A DNA stretch of 64,000 nucleotides. Origin: an uncultured Prevotella sp. (GTDB lineage: Bacteria; Bacteroidota; Bacteroidia; Bacteroidales; Bacteroidaceae). Both the position numbers and the translations under genes were made by a program. The stretch lies in assembly GCA_937907705.1 (NCBI GenBank), contig CALCVP010000072.1, forward strand, positions 26,662 through 90,661, in the 5' to 3' direction. This document shows, piece after piece, positions 1-9,552 of this stretch. Position 1 is the stretch's first letter, and each line of letters opens with the position of its first letter. The notes under the pieces were generated by a model that was not told the DNA's origin, did not search any database, and was given only the letters and a program-made list of their open reading frames with translations.

Positions 1-1
1 C

Positions 2-775
2 CCAGACTCAAAGAGCCAGGTAACTGTGGAGTATAACGACAACGGCGAGCCACAGCGCATAGACACCATTGTGGTAAGTACGCAGCACGACGAGTTTGAC
101 TCAGACGACAAGCGCATGCTCAACAAGATTAAAGACGATGTAATCAATATACTCGTGCCGCGTGTAAAGGCACAGATACACAGCGAGAAAGTGCTGGCAC
201 TGTTTAACGACAACATCAAGTATCTGGTTAATCCTACCGGCAAGTTTGTTATCGGCGGCCCTCATGGCGACACTGGCTTGACAGGCCGTAAGATAATCGT
301 GGATACCTATGGCGGCAAGGGCGCACATGGCGGTGGTGCTTTCTCGGGCAAAGACTCCAGCAAGGTAGACCGCTCGGCTGCTTATGCAGCCCGCCATATA
401 GCCAAGAACATGGTAGCCGCCGGTGTGGCAGACGAGATGCTGGTGCAGATTAGCTATGCCATCGGTGTGGCTCGTCCGGTAAGCATCTGCGTAAATACCT
501 ACGGCAAAAGCCATGTCAACATGACCGACGGTGAGATAGCCCAGCACATCCAGAAGATGTTTGACCTCAGGCCAAAAGCCATTGAGCAGACTCTGAAGCT
601 GCGTCAGCCTATGTTCAGCGAGACAGCAGCCTATGGCCACATGGGCCGCAAGTGTGAGGTGGTGAAGAAGACCTTCAGCAGCCGTTATCACGACACCAAG
701 ACCATAGACGTGGAGCTGTTCACTTGGGAAAAGCTTGACAAAGTAGACGATATCAAGCGCGAATTTGGAATCTAA
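2..775 (+). CDS. metK: S-adenosylmethionine synthetase, 5'-truncated by the window edge
   Basis: Motifs [38 protein letters not shown] and AAYGH. The frame is open back to position 2 (PDSKSQVTV). Confidence 0.97.
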   Translation, partial: PDSKSQVTVEYNDNGEPQRIDTIVVSTQHDEFDSDDKRMLNKIKDDVINILVPRVKAQIHSEKVLALFNDNIKYLVNPTGKFVIGGPHGDTGLTGRKIIVDTYGGKGAHGGGAFSGKDSSKVDRSAAYAARHIAKNMVAAGVADEMLVQISYAIGVARPVSICVNTYGKSHVNMTDGEIAQHIQKMFDLRPKAIEQTLKLRQPMFSETAAYGHMGRKCEVVKKTFSSRYHDTKTIDVELFTWEKLDKVDDIKREFGI

Positions 776-798
776 AAATACATATAACAAGCATACCG

Positions 799-832
799 TG
801 AAGCAGCTGCAGGGCATACTGTAGCTGCTTCA
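799..832. terminator. Hairpin after metK
   Basis: TGAAGCAGCTGCAG-ggcata-CTGTAGCTGCTTCA inverted repeat; weak U-tail. Confidence 0.5.
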
Positions 833-857
833 GTTGCAAATAGAAAGCATCTGAAGC

Positions 858-1889
858 ATGATTTTACATCAGACAGACTCAACAGCCGTAGCCGAACCTA
901 CAGAACAGGTAGGCCCTATCAAGGCCGAACGCCACGAAACAGAGCCGCACCACCCCTATCAGGTGTTGCGCAAATTGCCCGCCAACGCTACGCCGGCGCA
1001 GCAAGACTCGGCCATACAAGCCGTGTTTCATGTAGAGAACACCCACCTCAGCACACGGCCCGACACACTCCATCTGCCGGGACACGACAAAGGCAAGAGC
1101 GTGAAAGATGTAAGTCTGCCTCAATACTACCGCGAAAACTTCTTCTCCAACGACCCCTACTATCATCCGGAGCTGGATGGAGGGCGCGTAGGTGTGGCAG
1201 GCGACCCTATGCCTTACACCATTCGCGGCGACAATACCATTACGGGCTTGCTCTTGGGGTGCTTTATACTGGCACTGATATCTTTCTCCAAGTCGAGACG
1301 CTTTATCGTGCGGCAGGCCAAGAACTTCTTTTATGAGCCCAGTTCGCTCACCACTGAAGTGGCAGAAACATCCAATGAGCTGCGCTTCCAACTGTTCCTT
1401 GTATTGCAGACCAGCCTGCTGCTCTCGATCATATCATTCCTGTACACCCAAGATTGTGTGGCAGACACCTTTATACTCTCCTCACAATATCAGCTGATAG
1501 CCATCTTCTTTGGCGTATTTACAGGTTACTTTACCCTGCGGGCACTGCTCTATTGGATGGTCAACAATGTGTTCTTCGGCCGTAAGCGCAGCTGGCAGTG
1601 GCTCAAGCATTTACTCTTTATTACCTCCATGGAAGGCGTGGCACTGTTTCCATTGGTAATGCTGCAGTCTTATTTCGACCTCTCTGTGCAAAATGCTGTC
1701 ATTTATGTTGCCACGGTAATAATAGTGGTTAAAATACTGCTGCTGTATAAGTGTTTTGTCGTGTTTTTCAGGCAAACCGCCTTTTTTCTGCAAATAATTT
1801 TGTACTTTTGTGCCCTTGAAATCATGCCGATGCTCTCGGTGTGGGGAATATTGACAATAATAGTTGACTATTTAAAAATAAAATTTTAG
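858..1889 (+). CDS. Multi-pass membrane protein, DUF4271-like
   Basis: About 7 hydrophobic segments and a C-terminal ILYFCALEIMP motif. Its position before hemD-rnpA-yidD is typical of Bacteroidales. Confidence 0.75.
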   Translation: MILHQTDSTAVAEPTEQVGPIKAERHETEPHHPYQVLRKLPANATPAQQDSAIQAVFHVENTHLSTRPDTLHLPGHDKGKSVKDVSLPQYYRENFFSNDPYYHPELDGGRVGVAGDPMPYTIRGDNTITGLLLGCFILALISFSKSRRFIVRQAKNFFYEPSSLTTEVAETSNELRFQLFLVLQTSLLLSIISFLYTQDCVADTFILSSQYQLIAIFFGVFTGYFTLRALLYWMVNNVFFGRKRSWQWLKHLLFITSMEGVALFPLVMLQSYFDLSVQNAVIYVATVIIVVKILLLYKCFVVFFRQTAFFLQIILYFCALEIMPMLSVWGILTIIVDYLKIKF

Positions 1890-1900
1890 GAAATTTACTG

Positions 1901-2647
1901 ATGGTAAAGAAGATATTGGTATCGCAACCAAAGCCAAGTAGCGACAAATCGCCTTATTATGAAATGGAAAAAGAATATGGCGTAGAACTGATTTTTCGCC
2001 CATTTATCAAGGTAGAAGGAATCTCGTCAAAAGAGTTCCGCCAGCAGAAACTAAGCATTATGAACTTCACCGCTGTGGTCTTCACCTCTCGTCATGCCAT
2101 AGACAACTATTTTAAACTGGCAGCTGAGATGCGTATAGAGATACCTGAGACAATGAAATACTTCTGCGTTACCGAGACAATAGCCCTTTATATACAGAAG
2201 TATGTGCAGTATCGCAAGCGTAAGGTGTTCTTTGGCAAGACCGGCAAGATAGACGACTTGCTGCCCACTATGATCAAACACAAGGCAGAAAAGTATCTTG
2301 TGCCACTGAGCGATGTACATGATGACAGCGTAAAGAAGCTGTTGGATGCAAAAAAACTCAACCATACAGAGTGCGTGATGTATCGCACTGTAAGCAACAA
2401 CTTTACCGAAGAAGAGGTTAAAAACTTTGATTACGACATGTGCATCTTCTTCAGCCCTTCAGGCATCAGTGCCTTTACCAACACCTTTGGCGACACCATG
2501 AACGACAAGGTAGTGGTAGGTACCTTTGGCCCTGCTACCGCCAAGGCAGCACATGATGCAGGCTTGAAAGTGGCATTGGAGGCTCCTACCAAAGAGCATC
2601 CGTCCATGACAAGCGCATTACACGATTATCTTGAACAGAATCAATAA
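1901..2647 (+). CDS. hemD: Uroporphyrinogen-III synthase family protein
   Basis: KILVSQPKP, FRPFIKVEG, VVFTSRHAID, YRTVS and FFSPSGI motifs of the Bacteroidota HemD-like family. Confidence 0.85.
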   Translation: MVKKILVSQPKPSSDKSPYYEMEKEYGVELIFRPFIKVEGISSKEFRQQKLSIMNFTAVVFTSRHAIDNYFKLAAEMRIEIPETMKYFCVTETIALYIQKYVQYRKRKVFFGKTGKIDDLLPTMIKHKAEKYLVPLSDVHDDSVKKLLDAKKLNHTECVMYRTVSNNFTEEEVKNFDYDMCIFFSPSGISAFTNTFGDTMNDKVVVGTFGPATAKAAHDAGLKVALEAPTKEHPSMTSALHDYLEQNQ

Positions 2648-2653
2648 TACTTT

Positions 2654-3220
2654 ATGTCAGCATCCGCAGCACATACATTTGGCAAGAAAGAGCGGATCTG
2701 CAGCCGAAAACTGATAGACAAGCTCTTTAATGAGGGTGGCAGCCGAGCTATGGCAGCCTTCCCGGTAAGACTTGTGTATACCCGTTGCCCGCGGGAAGCG
2801 GGGCAACCCGCTGTACAGATGCTGGTAAGCGTGCCCAAGAAGTGCTTCAAGCGGGCTGTAAAGCGCAACCGCGTGAAGCGCCAAGTGCGTGAGGCATTCC
2901 GCCTGAACAAGCAAATTGTCTACAACAGTCTGCCTGCCGACAGCGACACCACGCTGCTGTTGGCATTTATATGGATAGACAACCAACTCTATGATACCGC
3001 TGTTGTAGAGCAGAAAGTGGTCAACCTCATGCAGCGCTTGGCTGAAAAGGCAATGCGGCAAGGGCAGCATCGCCTTTCTGCCGCCCACCAACAGGGCAGC
3101 TGGCAAGGCGATACTCAAAGCCCATTGGCAAGCGTTCATGCAGCAGATGCTGCACCTTTAGCAGACAAGGTTATGGATGCTGCCGACAGCAGCACCGTGG
3201 CAGACCCCTCCAACCCATAA
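2654..3220 (+). CDS. rnpA: Ribonuclease P protein component with an extended C-terminus
   Basis: TFGKKERI and the SVPKKCFKRAVKRNRVKRQVREAFR (RNR) motif; upstream of yidD. Confidence 0.92.
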   Translation: MSASAAHTFGKKERICSRKLIDKLFNEGGSRAMAAFPVRLVYTRCPREAGQPAVQMLVSVPKKCFKRAVKRNRVKRQVREAFRLNKQIVYNSLPADSDTTLLLAFIWIDNQLYDTAVVEQKVVNLMQRLAEKAMRQGQHRLSAAHQQGSWQGDTQSPLASVHAADAAPLADKVMDAADSSTVADPSNP

Positions 3221-3232
3221 TGCAGCAAACCT

Positions 3233-3478
3233 ATGGTAAAGCGATGGTTAGCCCTATTGTCTAAGGTGTTGGTGTGGTTGCTGTGTCTGCCCATTTTGTT
3301 TTACCAACGGTGCATATCGCCTTTTACGCCACCATCGTGCCGGTTTACGCCCACCTGCTCGGAATATGCACGGCAAGCCCTGCGCAAGCACGGTCCCGTT
3401 AAGGGTTTGGCACTGGCCATTTGGCGCATACTAAGGTGCAACCCCTGGGGCGGAAGCGGTTACGACCCTGTGCCGTAG
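3233..3478 (+). CDS. yidD: Membrane protein insertion efficiency factor
   Basis: [17 protein letters not shown] and [17 protein letters not shown] motifs. Confidence 0.95.
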   Translation: MVKRWLALLSKVLVWLLCLPILFYQRCISPFTPPSCRFTPTCSEYARQALRKHGPVKGLALAIWRILRCNPWGGSGYDPVP

Positions 3479-3676
3479 CAATACGATTGTTGGCAGACAA
3501 TACCCTGTTGGCAGGTAGAGCTTTCTCTGGTGGCAGACAGATGCATCTCCTCTTGTAGGACACTTTTTATTCTCTTGCCGATAGGCAGCTATCGGTCTGT
3601 ACTCCAGTTTTACCTTACATTACCGTTGAAAACAATCCTGTTACTCAGATAACTTACTAAATAAAAATACAAAACA

Positions 3677-4975
3677 ATGGCAAAAAACTTTGTTGAAGAA
3701 CTCAAATGGCGCGGCATGTTGGCACAAATCATGCCTGGCACTGAGGAACTTTTGCAGAAAGAACAGGTAACTGCCTACTTAGGCACTGACCCTACTGCTG
3801 ACTCATTGCATATAGGCCACTTGTGCGGAGTGATGATGTTGCGCCACTTCCAGCGCTGTGGCCACAAGCCGTTGGCACTCGTTGGCGGTGCTACCGGTAT
3901 GATTGGCGACCCCTCAGGCAAGAGTCTTGAGCGCAATCTCTTGGACGAAGAGACACTCAGACACAACCAGGAGTGCATCAAGAAGCAGCTCGCCAAGTTC
4001 CTTGACTTTGAGAGCGATGCCCCTAACAAGGCAGAATTGGTCAACAACTACGACTGGATGAAAGACATGAGCTTCCTTCGCTTTGCACGTGAAGTGGGCA
4101 AGCACATCACTGTTAACTACATGATGGCAAAGGAGAGTGTACAACAGCGCTTGAACGGTGAGGCCCGCGACGGATTGTCTTTCACCGAGTTTACTTATCA
4201 GTTGCTGCAAGGCTACGACTTCTTGCACCTCTATCAGGCCAAAGGTTGCAAGCTTCAGATGGGCGGAAACGACCAATGGGGCAACATGACCACAGGTACA
4301 GAGCTTATTCGCCGTACCTTAGGAGGCGAGGCTACCGCCTTTGCACTTACCTGTCCGCTTATCACCAAGGCCGATGGCAAAAAGTTTGGAAAGACCGAGA
4401 GCGGCAATATCTGGCTCGATCCAAAGCGTACTTCGCCTTATAAGTTCTACCAGTTCTGGCTCAACGTGAGCGATAACGATGCAGAACGCTATATCAAAAT
4501 CTTCACAAGTCTTGACAAAGAGACCATCGATGCACTGATAGAAGAGCACCGCCAAGACCCGGGACGCCGCACATTGCAGCGCCGTTTGGCAGAGGAAGTA
4601 ACCGTAATGGTTCACTCTCGTGAGGCTTATGACATGGCAGTAGAGGCTTCCAACATACTGTTTGGCAAGTCAACCAAAGACAGTCTGCTGAAACTTGACG
4701 AGCAAACATTCCTCGATATCTTTGAAGGTGTGCCTCATTTTGAGGTGGAAAAGGACAAAATAGGCCAGCCGGCAGTAGAGCTCTTCACACAAGATGCGGC
4801 CATCTTTGCCAGCAAAGGCGAAATGCGCAAGCTGGTACAAGGCGGTGGCGTATCGCTCAATAAAGAGAAATTGTCAGCTTTTGACCGTCCTGTTACTGCT
4901 GAAGACCTTATTGACGGCAAGTATCTTTTGGTGCAACGCGGTAAGAAAAACTATTATCTTGTTTCTGTAAAGTAA
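3677..4975 (+). CDS. tyrS: Tyrosine--tRNA ligase
   Basis: [11 protein letters not shown] (HIGH), [13 protein letters not shown] (KMSKS-like) and a C-terminal S4-like domain. Confidence 0.98.
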   Translation: MAKNFVEELKWRGMLAQIMPGTEELLQKEQVTAYLGTDPTADSLHIGHLCGVMMLRHFQRCGHKPLALVGGATGMIGDPSGKSLERNLLDEETLRHNQECIKKQLAKFLDFESDAPNKAELVNNYDWMKDMSFLRFAREVGKHITVNYMMAKESVQQRLNGEARDGLSFTEFTYQLLQGYDFLHLYQAKGCKLQMGGNDQWGNMTTGTELIRRTLGGEATAFALTCPLITKADGKKFGKTESGNIWLDPKRTSPYKFYQFWLNVSDNDAERYIKIFTSLDKETIDALIEEHRQDPGRRTLQRRLAEEVTVMVHSREAYDMAVEASNILFGKSTKDSLLKLDEQTFLDIFEGVPHFEVEKDKIGQPAVELFTQDAAIFASKGEMRKLVQGGGVSLNKEKLSAFDRPVTAEDLIDGKYLLVQRGKKNYYLVSVK

Positions 4976-5392
4976 CGGAAACAAGTTGTTGCTTCACTGA
5001 CAAATAGGTGCTCGGAATTAACTGAATGATAAAAGTTGATATGTAAATGGGCTTCGAACTCCTGCTTACATCTTGCTAAAGTGAGCGAAAAAGTCTTGTG
5101 AAAGCAATGGAAATATCATCATGAAAGCCTCTGTGTGGCTTGTGCTTTTTACCTAACGGCACAACTGCACAGAGGCTTTTGTCATGCAAGAAAACCGCAG
5201 GATAAAAGTGATGACAGTGCAACTGAAAAGCCGTATTATAGCCACTCGTTTATGGTAGCAAAGCAGTCTTGTAGCGATAATAAAGTCTTTAAATCCCCGG
5301 TTTTATGCACTTTAATACCCCGTAAATGCACTTTTTTAGGTAAAAACAGCGAAATTGTTGCAAGAAAATTTGGTAGACACCCCAAAATAGCT

Positions 5393-5400
5393 TACCTTTG
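5393..5400 (+). promoter_or_regulatory. Bacteroidota housekeeping -7 box for tRNA-Gln
   Basis: TACCTTTG matches TAnnTTTG, with a TTTG upstream at about 5369-5372. Confidence 0.8.
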
Positions 5401-5410
5401 CACTCGCAAT

Positions 5411-5481
5411 TGTCCTATGGTGTAATGGTAGCACTACAGTTTTTGGTTCTGTCAGTGGTGGTTCGAGTCCGCCTGGGACAA
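5411..5481 (+). tRNA. tRNA-Gln (anticodon TTG)
   Basis: Acceptor stem TGTCCTA/TGGGACA, D-arm TGGTGTAATGGTAGCAC, anticodon loop TTTTGGT, T-loop GGTTCGAGTCC; CCA not encoded. Confidence 0.95.
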
Positions 5482-5498
5482 CCTTTTTAATTTGGTTC

Positions 5499-5530
5499 AG
5501 CATCGTATCGCGAGGTACGATGCTTTTTTA
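5499..5530 (+). terminator. Intrinsic terminator after tRNA-Gln
   Basis: AGCATCGTA-tcgcgagg-TACGATGCT followed by a T-run. Confidence 0.85.
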
Positions 5531-5536
5531 TTTGTC

Positions 5537-5610
5537 ATTGATTGGTGCGCTATTGATTATTGATTGATGTGCCATTTATCATTAATTGATATGCTATTTT
5601 TCATTAATTC
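5537..5610. repeat. 22-bp tandem repeat (about 3.4 units), AT-rich variant of the dispersed 22-bp family
   Basis: Units at 5537 ATTGATTGGTGCGCTATTGATT, 5559 ATTGATTGATGTGCCATTTATC, 5581 ATTAATTGATATGCTATTTTTC, 5603 ATTAATTC. Confidence 0.75.
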
Positions 5611-5766
5611 CATATTTTTTGTGAATTTATTTTTTGCGATTAAAGTGTATTTGTTGTATCTTTGTTGGCAGAATGGCACTGCAATTATAATGCAATCAGT
5701 ACGATAAGTAGCGACAGACAGCATAAAGAATACAGCTGATTGATGCGTTAAATCAAGATATTAGCA

Positions 5767-6612
5767 ATGAAAACAAATTACGAAATACGCTATGCGGCTC
5801 ATCCGGAAGATGCCAAACATTATGATACGGCACGTCTTCGCCGCGACTTTTTGATAGAAACTCTTTTTGTAGACGATGAAGTGAATATGGTATACTCTAT
5901 GTATGACCGTATGATTGTGGGTGGTGCAGCTCCTGTCAACGAGGCTTTGCCATTGGAAGCGATAGACCCTTTGAAGGCCGATTACTTCACCACACGTCGC
6001 GAGTTGGGCATATTCAATGTAGGCGAAGGTGAAGGTGAGGTGCATGTAGGTACCGAAGTGTACACCTTAAACTATAAAGAGGCTTTGTATGTAGGCCGTG
6101 GCGACCGTGAGATAGTGTTCGTAAGCAAAGACAAGAGCCACCCTGCCAAATTCTATTTCAACAGCACTACGGCTCATTGCGCTTATCCATCGTGCAAGAT
6201 TACACGCCAAGACGCATTGGTAGCCCACATGGGTTCGCTTGAGATGAGCAACGAGCGAGACATCAACAAGATGGTTGTGTCGCAGGTGTTGCCTACTTGT
6301 CAGCTCCAGATGGGCATGACTGAGCTGGCACCAGGTAGCGTATGGAACACGATGCCCGCTCATATTCACAGCCGAAGAATGGAGGCTTACTTCTATTTTG
6401 AACTGCCCGAAGACCAAGCAGTGTGCCATTTTATGGGCCAACCACAGGAAACTCGCCATCTATGGATGCGCGGAAACCAAGCTGTTCTCTCGCCGGAATG
6501 GAGCATACACTCTGCCGCTGCCACTCATAATTATACCTTTATCTGGGGCATGGGCGGTGAAAACCTTGACTATGGCGACCAGGATTTCTTTAAGATTACA
6601 GACTTGAAATAG
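5767..6612 (+). CDS. kduI: 5-dehydro-4-deoxy-D-glucuronate isomerase
   Basis: YSMYDRMIVGGA, RRELGIFNVG, CQLQMGMTELAPGSVWNTMPAHIHSRRMEAYFY and SPEWSIHS motifs. Confidence 0.96.
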   Translation: MKTNYEIRYAAHPEDAKHYDTARLRRDFLIETLFVDDEVNMVYSMYDRMIVGGAAPVNEALPLEAIDPLKADYFTTRRELGIFNVGEGEGEVHVGTEVYTLNYKEALYVGRGDREIVFVSKDKSHPAKFYFNSTTAHCAYPSCKITRQDALVAHMGSLEMSNERDINKMVVSQVLPTCQLQMGMTELAPGSVWNTMPAHIHSRRMEAYFYFELPEDQAVCHFMGQPQETRHLWMRGNQAVLSPEWSIHSAAATHNYTFIWGMGGENLDYGDQDFFKITDLK

Positions 6613-6793
6613 TGCTGTTTGGCTCTTTTTGCAAGGCAAACGGCATGGAATGTACGTATCAGGGCTTGTAAAAGCGTATAGTAATTGACTGCTAAAGTGT
6701 TGCAGCTATTGGCCAAAGCATACATAATAGCGTGCTGAAGTCTATGCGTTTGCTTACAAAATACGATATATTTTTTAATTAAATACTTAAACA

Positions 6794-7600
6794 ATGGATA
6801 CATTTTCAAAGAATTTCTCACTCGAAGGAAAAGTAGCTCTCGTTACAGGTGCGGCTTATGGCATAGGTTTTGCCATTGCAGAAGCTTACGCTAAAGCAGG
6901 TGCCAAGATAGCTTTCAACTGCCGTTCTCAGCATCATATGGACCAAGCTTTGGCCGACTATAAGGCTAAAGGCATAGAGGCTAAAGGCTATATCTGCGAT
7001 GTTACCAAAGAGGAGGATGTAAAGAAGATGGTAGCTGACATTGAAAAGGAGTTGGGTACTATCGATATATTGGTTAATAACGCTGGTATCATCAAGCGTA
7101 TTCCTATGGACGAGATGTCTGTTGAAGACTTCCGTCAGGTGATAGATATCGACCTGAACGCTCCTTTCATTGTGTCAAAGGCTGTAATACCTGGCATGAA
7201 GAAGAAGGGTCATGGCAAAATCATCAACATTTGCTCTATGATGAGTGAGTTAGGACGTGAAACTGTGTCTGCATACGCTGCTGCCAAGGGTGGCTTGAAG
7301 ATGCTTACCCGCAACATCTGCTCTGAGTTTGGCGAGTATAACATACAGTGTAACGGTATCGGTCCGGGCTATATAGCTACCCCTCAGACTGCTCCGCTGC
7401 GCGAGCGTCAGGCTGACGGCAGCCGTCATCCATTCGACAGCTTTATCATTTCCAAGACTCCAGCTGCCCGTTGGGGCACTCCTGAGGACTTGATGGGTCC
7501 TGCTGTGTTCTTGGCTTCTGATGCTTCAGACTTCGTAAACGGTCATGTGCTCTATGTAGATGGCGGTATCTTGGCTTACATTGGTAAGCAACCTAAGTAA
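6794..7600 (+). CDS. kduD: SDR oxidoreductase, 2-deoxy-D-gluconate 3-dehydrogenase / gluconate 5-dehydrogenase (KduD-like)
   Basis: TGAAYGIG, NNAGII, YAAAK catalytic motif; adjacent to kduI. Confidence 0.85.
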   Translation: MDTFSKNFSLEGKVALVTGAAYGIGFAIAEAYAKAGAKIAFNCRSQHHMDQALADYKAKGIEAKGYICDVTKEEDVKKMVADIEKELGTIDILVNNAGIIKRIPMDEMSVEDFRQVIDIDLNAPFIVSKAVIPGMKKKGHGKIINICSMMSELGRETVSAYAAAKGGLKMLTRNICSEFGEYNIQCNGIGPGYIATPQTAPLRERQADGSRHPFDSFIISKTPAARWGTPEDLMGPAVFLASDASDFVNGHVLYVDGGILAYIGKQPK

Positions 7601-7823
7601 AATTTAAATGATTTATATGGGCGTTGACATTTGTTTTTGCTTGAGAAAGCAAGGCTGTGTGTCAACGCCTCTTTACTTTTTATACAGGTGAAAGGGTGCA
7701 AGAAGCTCTTCACCTCTTGTGTGTTTTCAAGGTGAAAAATAGAAAGGCCCTGTTGTAAAGGTAGTTTTGCTTTTGCAACAGTGTTGACTTTTAGGGACAA
7801 TAAGGTTTATATCAGTTGATGAC

Positions 7824-9251
7824 ATGGCTCATTTGTTAATAGTAGAAGATGATGTAACGTATGCCACCATGATGCAAACGTGGCTCAGGAAGAAGGGTTT
7901 TACAGTGGATAAGGTGAGCAATGTGGCTGCTGCTGCCAAGCTGTTGTTGGCAGACAGCAATGTAGATTTGGTGTTGTCAGACCTGCGTTTGCCCGACCAT
8001 GACGGCTTATTCCTGTTGAATTGGATGCGCAAGCGGCAGATGTTGGTACCTTTTATCGTGATGACCAGCTATGCCGAGGTGCAGAATGCGGTGTTAGCCA
8101 TGAAGTCGGGTGCCAGCGATTATATAGCGAAACCTGTACAACCAGATATTCTGTTGCAGAAGATAAACGATGCGTTGCAGTCGGGTGCAGCCGGTACGGC
8201 AGCCTTTTCGGCAGCCGAAAAGGCTGCCACAGCTTCTGTTTCTGCTGCCAAGCAAAGCTCTTCGGGTACGACTTCTGCTGCCACAGCTTCCGCTTCATCC
8301 CCCGCTACGGCTGCTTCTGCTTCCGACGAGGAGGCTGTTCCTCGCTATATAGAGGGCAACAGCGAGGCTTCCCGACGTCTTTATGACTATGTATCGTTAG
8401 TGGCTCCCACGCCGATGTCGGTGCTTATCTTGGGCAATAGCGGTACAGGCAAGGAGTATGTAGCGCGCCGTATCCACCAGTTGAGTGCCCGTTCGGGCGG
8501 TCCTTTCTATGCTCTTGATTGTGGTGCAATACCCAAAGATGTGGCAGCATCAGAGTTTTTCGGCTATCGCAAGGGTGCTTTTACGGGTGCCGTGACCGAC
8601 AAGAAAGGTGCTTTTGAGCTGGCTTCGGGCGGCACCTTGTTTCTTGACGAGGTGGGCAATCTTAGCTATGATGTGCAGGTGCAGCTGCTCCGTGCGTTGC
8701 AGGAGCGCAGGATACGCCCAGTGGGCGGTGCTGACGAGATAGAGGTAGATATCCGTTTGGTGTGTGCCACGAACGGTAATTTGGCCCAGTTGGCAGCAGA
8801 AGGCAAGTTTAGAGAAGACCTTTACCACCGTATCAACGAGTTTACCATTTATATGCCAGCCTTGAAAGACCGTGGTTCAGACCTTTTCTTGTTTGCCAAT
8901 TTATTTGTAAAGCAGGCCAATGCCGAGCTTCAGCGCCATGTGGAAGGCTTTGACGAGAAAGCCACAGAACTGTTGGCGCGCTATGATTGGCCTGGCAATC
9001 TGCGCGAATTGAACAATGTTGTCAAGCGTGCCACGCTGTTGGCGCGGGGGCGTTATATAGGTGTAGACGAGCTTTCGCAGTCTATTGTGCCTGTCAGGCA
9101 GCAGCCTTTGGCCCTTCATGACGAGGAGTCGGAGCGCCAGCGCATAGAAGATGCCTTGCGTGCTGCGGGCGGCAACAAGAGCAAAGCGGCACGCCTGTTG
9201 GGCGTTGACCGCAAGACATTGTATAACAAGTTACAGAAATACGGCCTCTAA
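7824..9251 (+). CDS. Sigma-54-dependent response regulator (NtrC/AtoC family enhancer-binding protein)
   Basis: REC domain (SDLRLP, KP), Walker A GNSGTGKE, GAFTGA loop, LFLDEV, WPGNLREL, Fis-type HTH (NKSKAARLLGVDRKTLYNKL). Confidence 0.95.
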   Translation: MAHLLIVEDDVTYATMMQTWLRKKGFTVDKVSNVAAAAKLLLADSNVDLVLSDLRLPDHDGLFLLNWMRKRQMLVPFIVMTSYAEVQNAVLAMKSGASDYIAKPVQPDILLQKINDALQSGAAGTAAFSAAEKAATASVSAAKQSSSGTTSAATASASSPATAASASDEEAVPRYIEGNSEASRRLYDYVSLVAPTPMSVLILGNSGTGKEYVARRIHQLSARSGGPFYALDCGAIPKDVAASEFFGYRKGAFTGAVTDKKGAFELASGGTLFLDEVGNLSYDVQVQLLRALQERRIRPVGGADEIEVDIRLVCATNGNLAQLAAEGKFREDLYHRINEFTIYMPALKDRGSDLFLFANLFVKQANAELQRHVEGFDEKATELLARYDWPGNLRELNNVVKRATLLARGRYIGVDELSQSIVPVRQQPLALHDEESERQRIEDALRAAGGNKSKAARLLGVDRKTLYNKLQKYGL

Positions 9252-9316
9252 GCAGAGCGGTCGTATTTTTGTTTTCAGCAGGGTTAATAACCGGTTTCAT
9301 GCTTTGATGGAACGGT

Positions 9317-9420
9317 ATTCTACACCCGGACAGACTACATTCCACACTTTGCAGAATGGCATTCCACACTTTATTGTGGAATAATTCCACACTTGTTCCA
9401 CAGTTTCCACATATTCCATA
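9317..9420. promoter_or_regulatory. Candidate enhancer (UAS) cluster: repeated ATTCCACA motif with a perfect palindrome
   Basis: ATTC(T/C)ACAC at 9317, 9339, 9361 and 9384; more TTCCACA at 9396 and 9406; palindrome TGTGGAAT-A-ATTCCACA at 9375-9391. Confidence 0.65.
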
Positions 9421-9480
9421 ATTTTTGGCACGCATGCTAAAGTACTGATATACAGAGTTTTAACTGTTTGATGGTAAGCT

Positions 9481-9496
9481 TGGCACGGTGGTTGCA
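9481..9496 (+). promoter_or_regulatory. Sigma-54 (-24/-12) promoter
   Basis: TGGCACG-GTGG-TTGCA is an exact match to TGGCACG-N4-TTGCW, ending 56 bp before the ATG at 9553. Confidence 0.88.
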
Positions 9497-9552
9497 ATAT
9501 AGATAAGCGAAAAGAACAACAAAAATTATTAATCAATTAAATACATAGAATT

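Noticed and set aside
3491..3590. Weak TGGCAG/TTGYMG recurrence at about 22-bp spacing upstream of tyrS (similar hints at 57143-57215)
   Set aside because: Too degenerate to support by eye; needs an autocorrelation test.
5048..5064. GGGCTTCGAACTCC as a tRNA fragment or att site
   Set aside because: Only a loose T-arm resemblance; no cloverleaf and no match to either tRNA in the window.
5411..5481. tRNA-Gln (and tRNA-Tyr at 61549-61631) as island integration sites
   Set aside because: No integrase nearby and no duplicated tRNA 3' end was seen.
9426..9441. Second TGGCACG as another sigma-54 promoter
   Set aside because: The -12 position reads CTAAA instead of TTGC.
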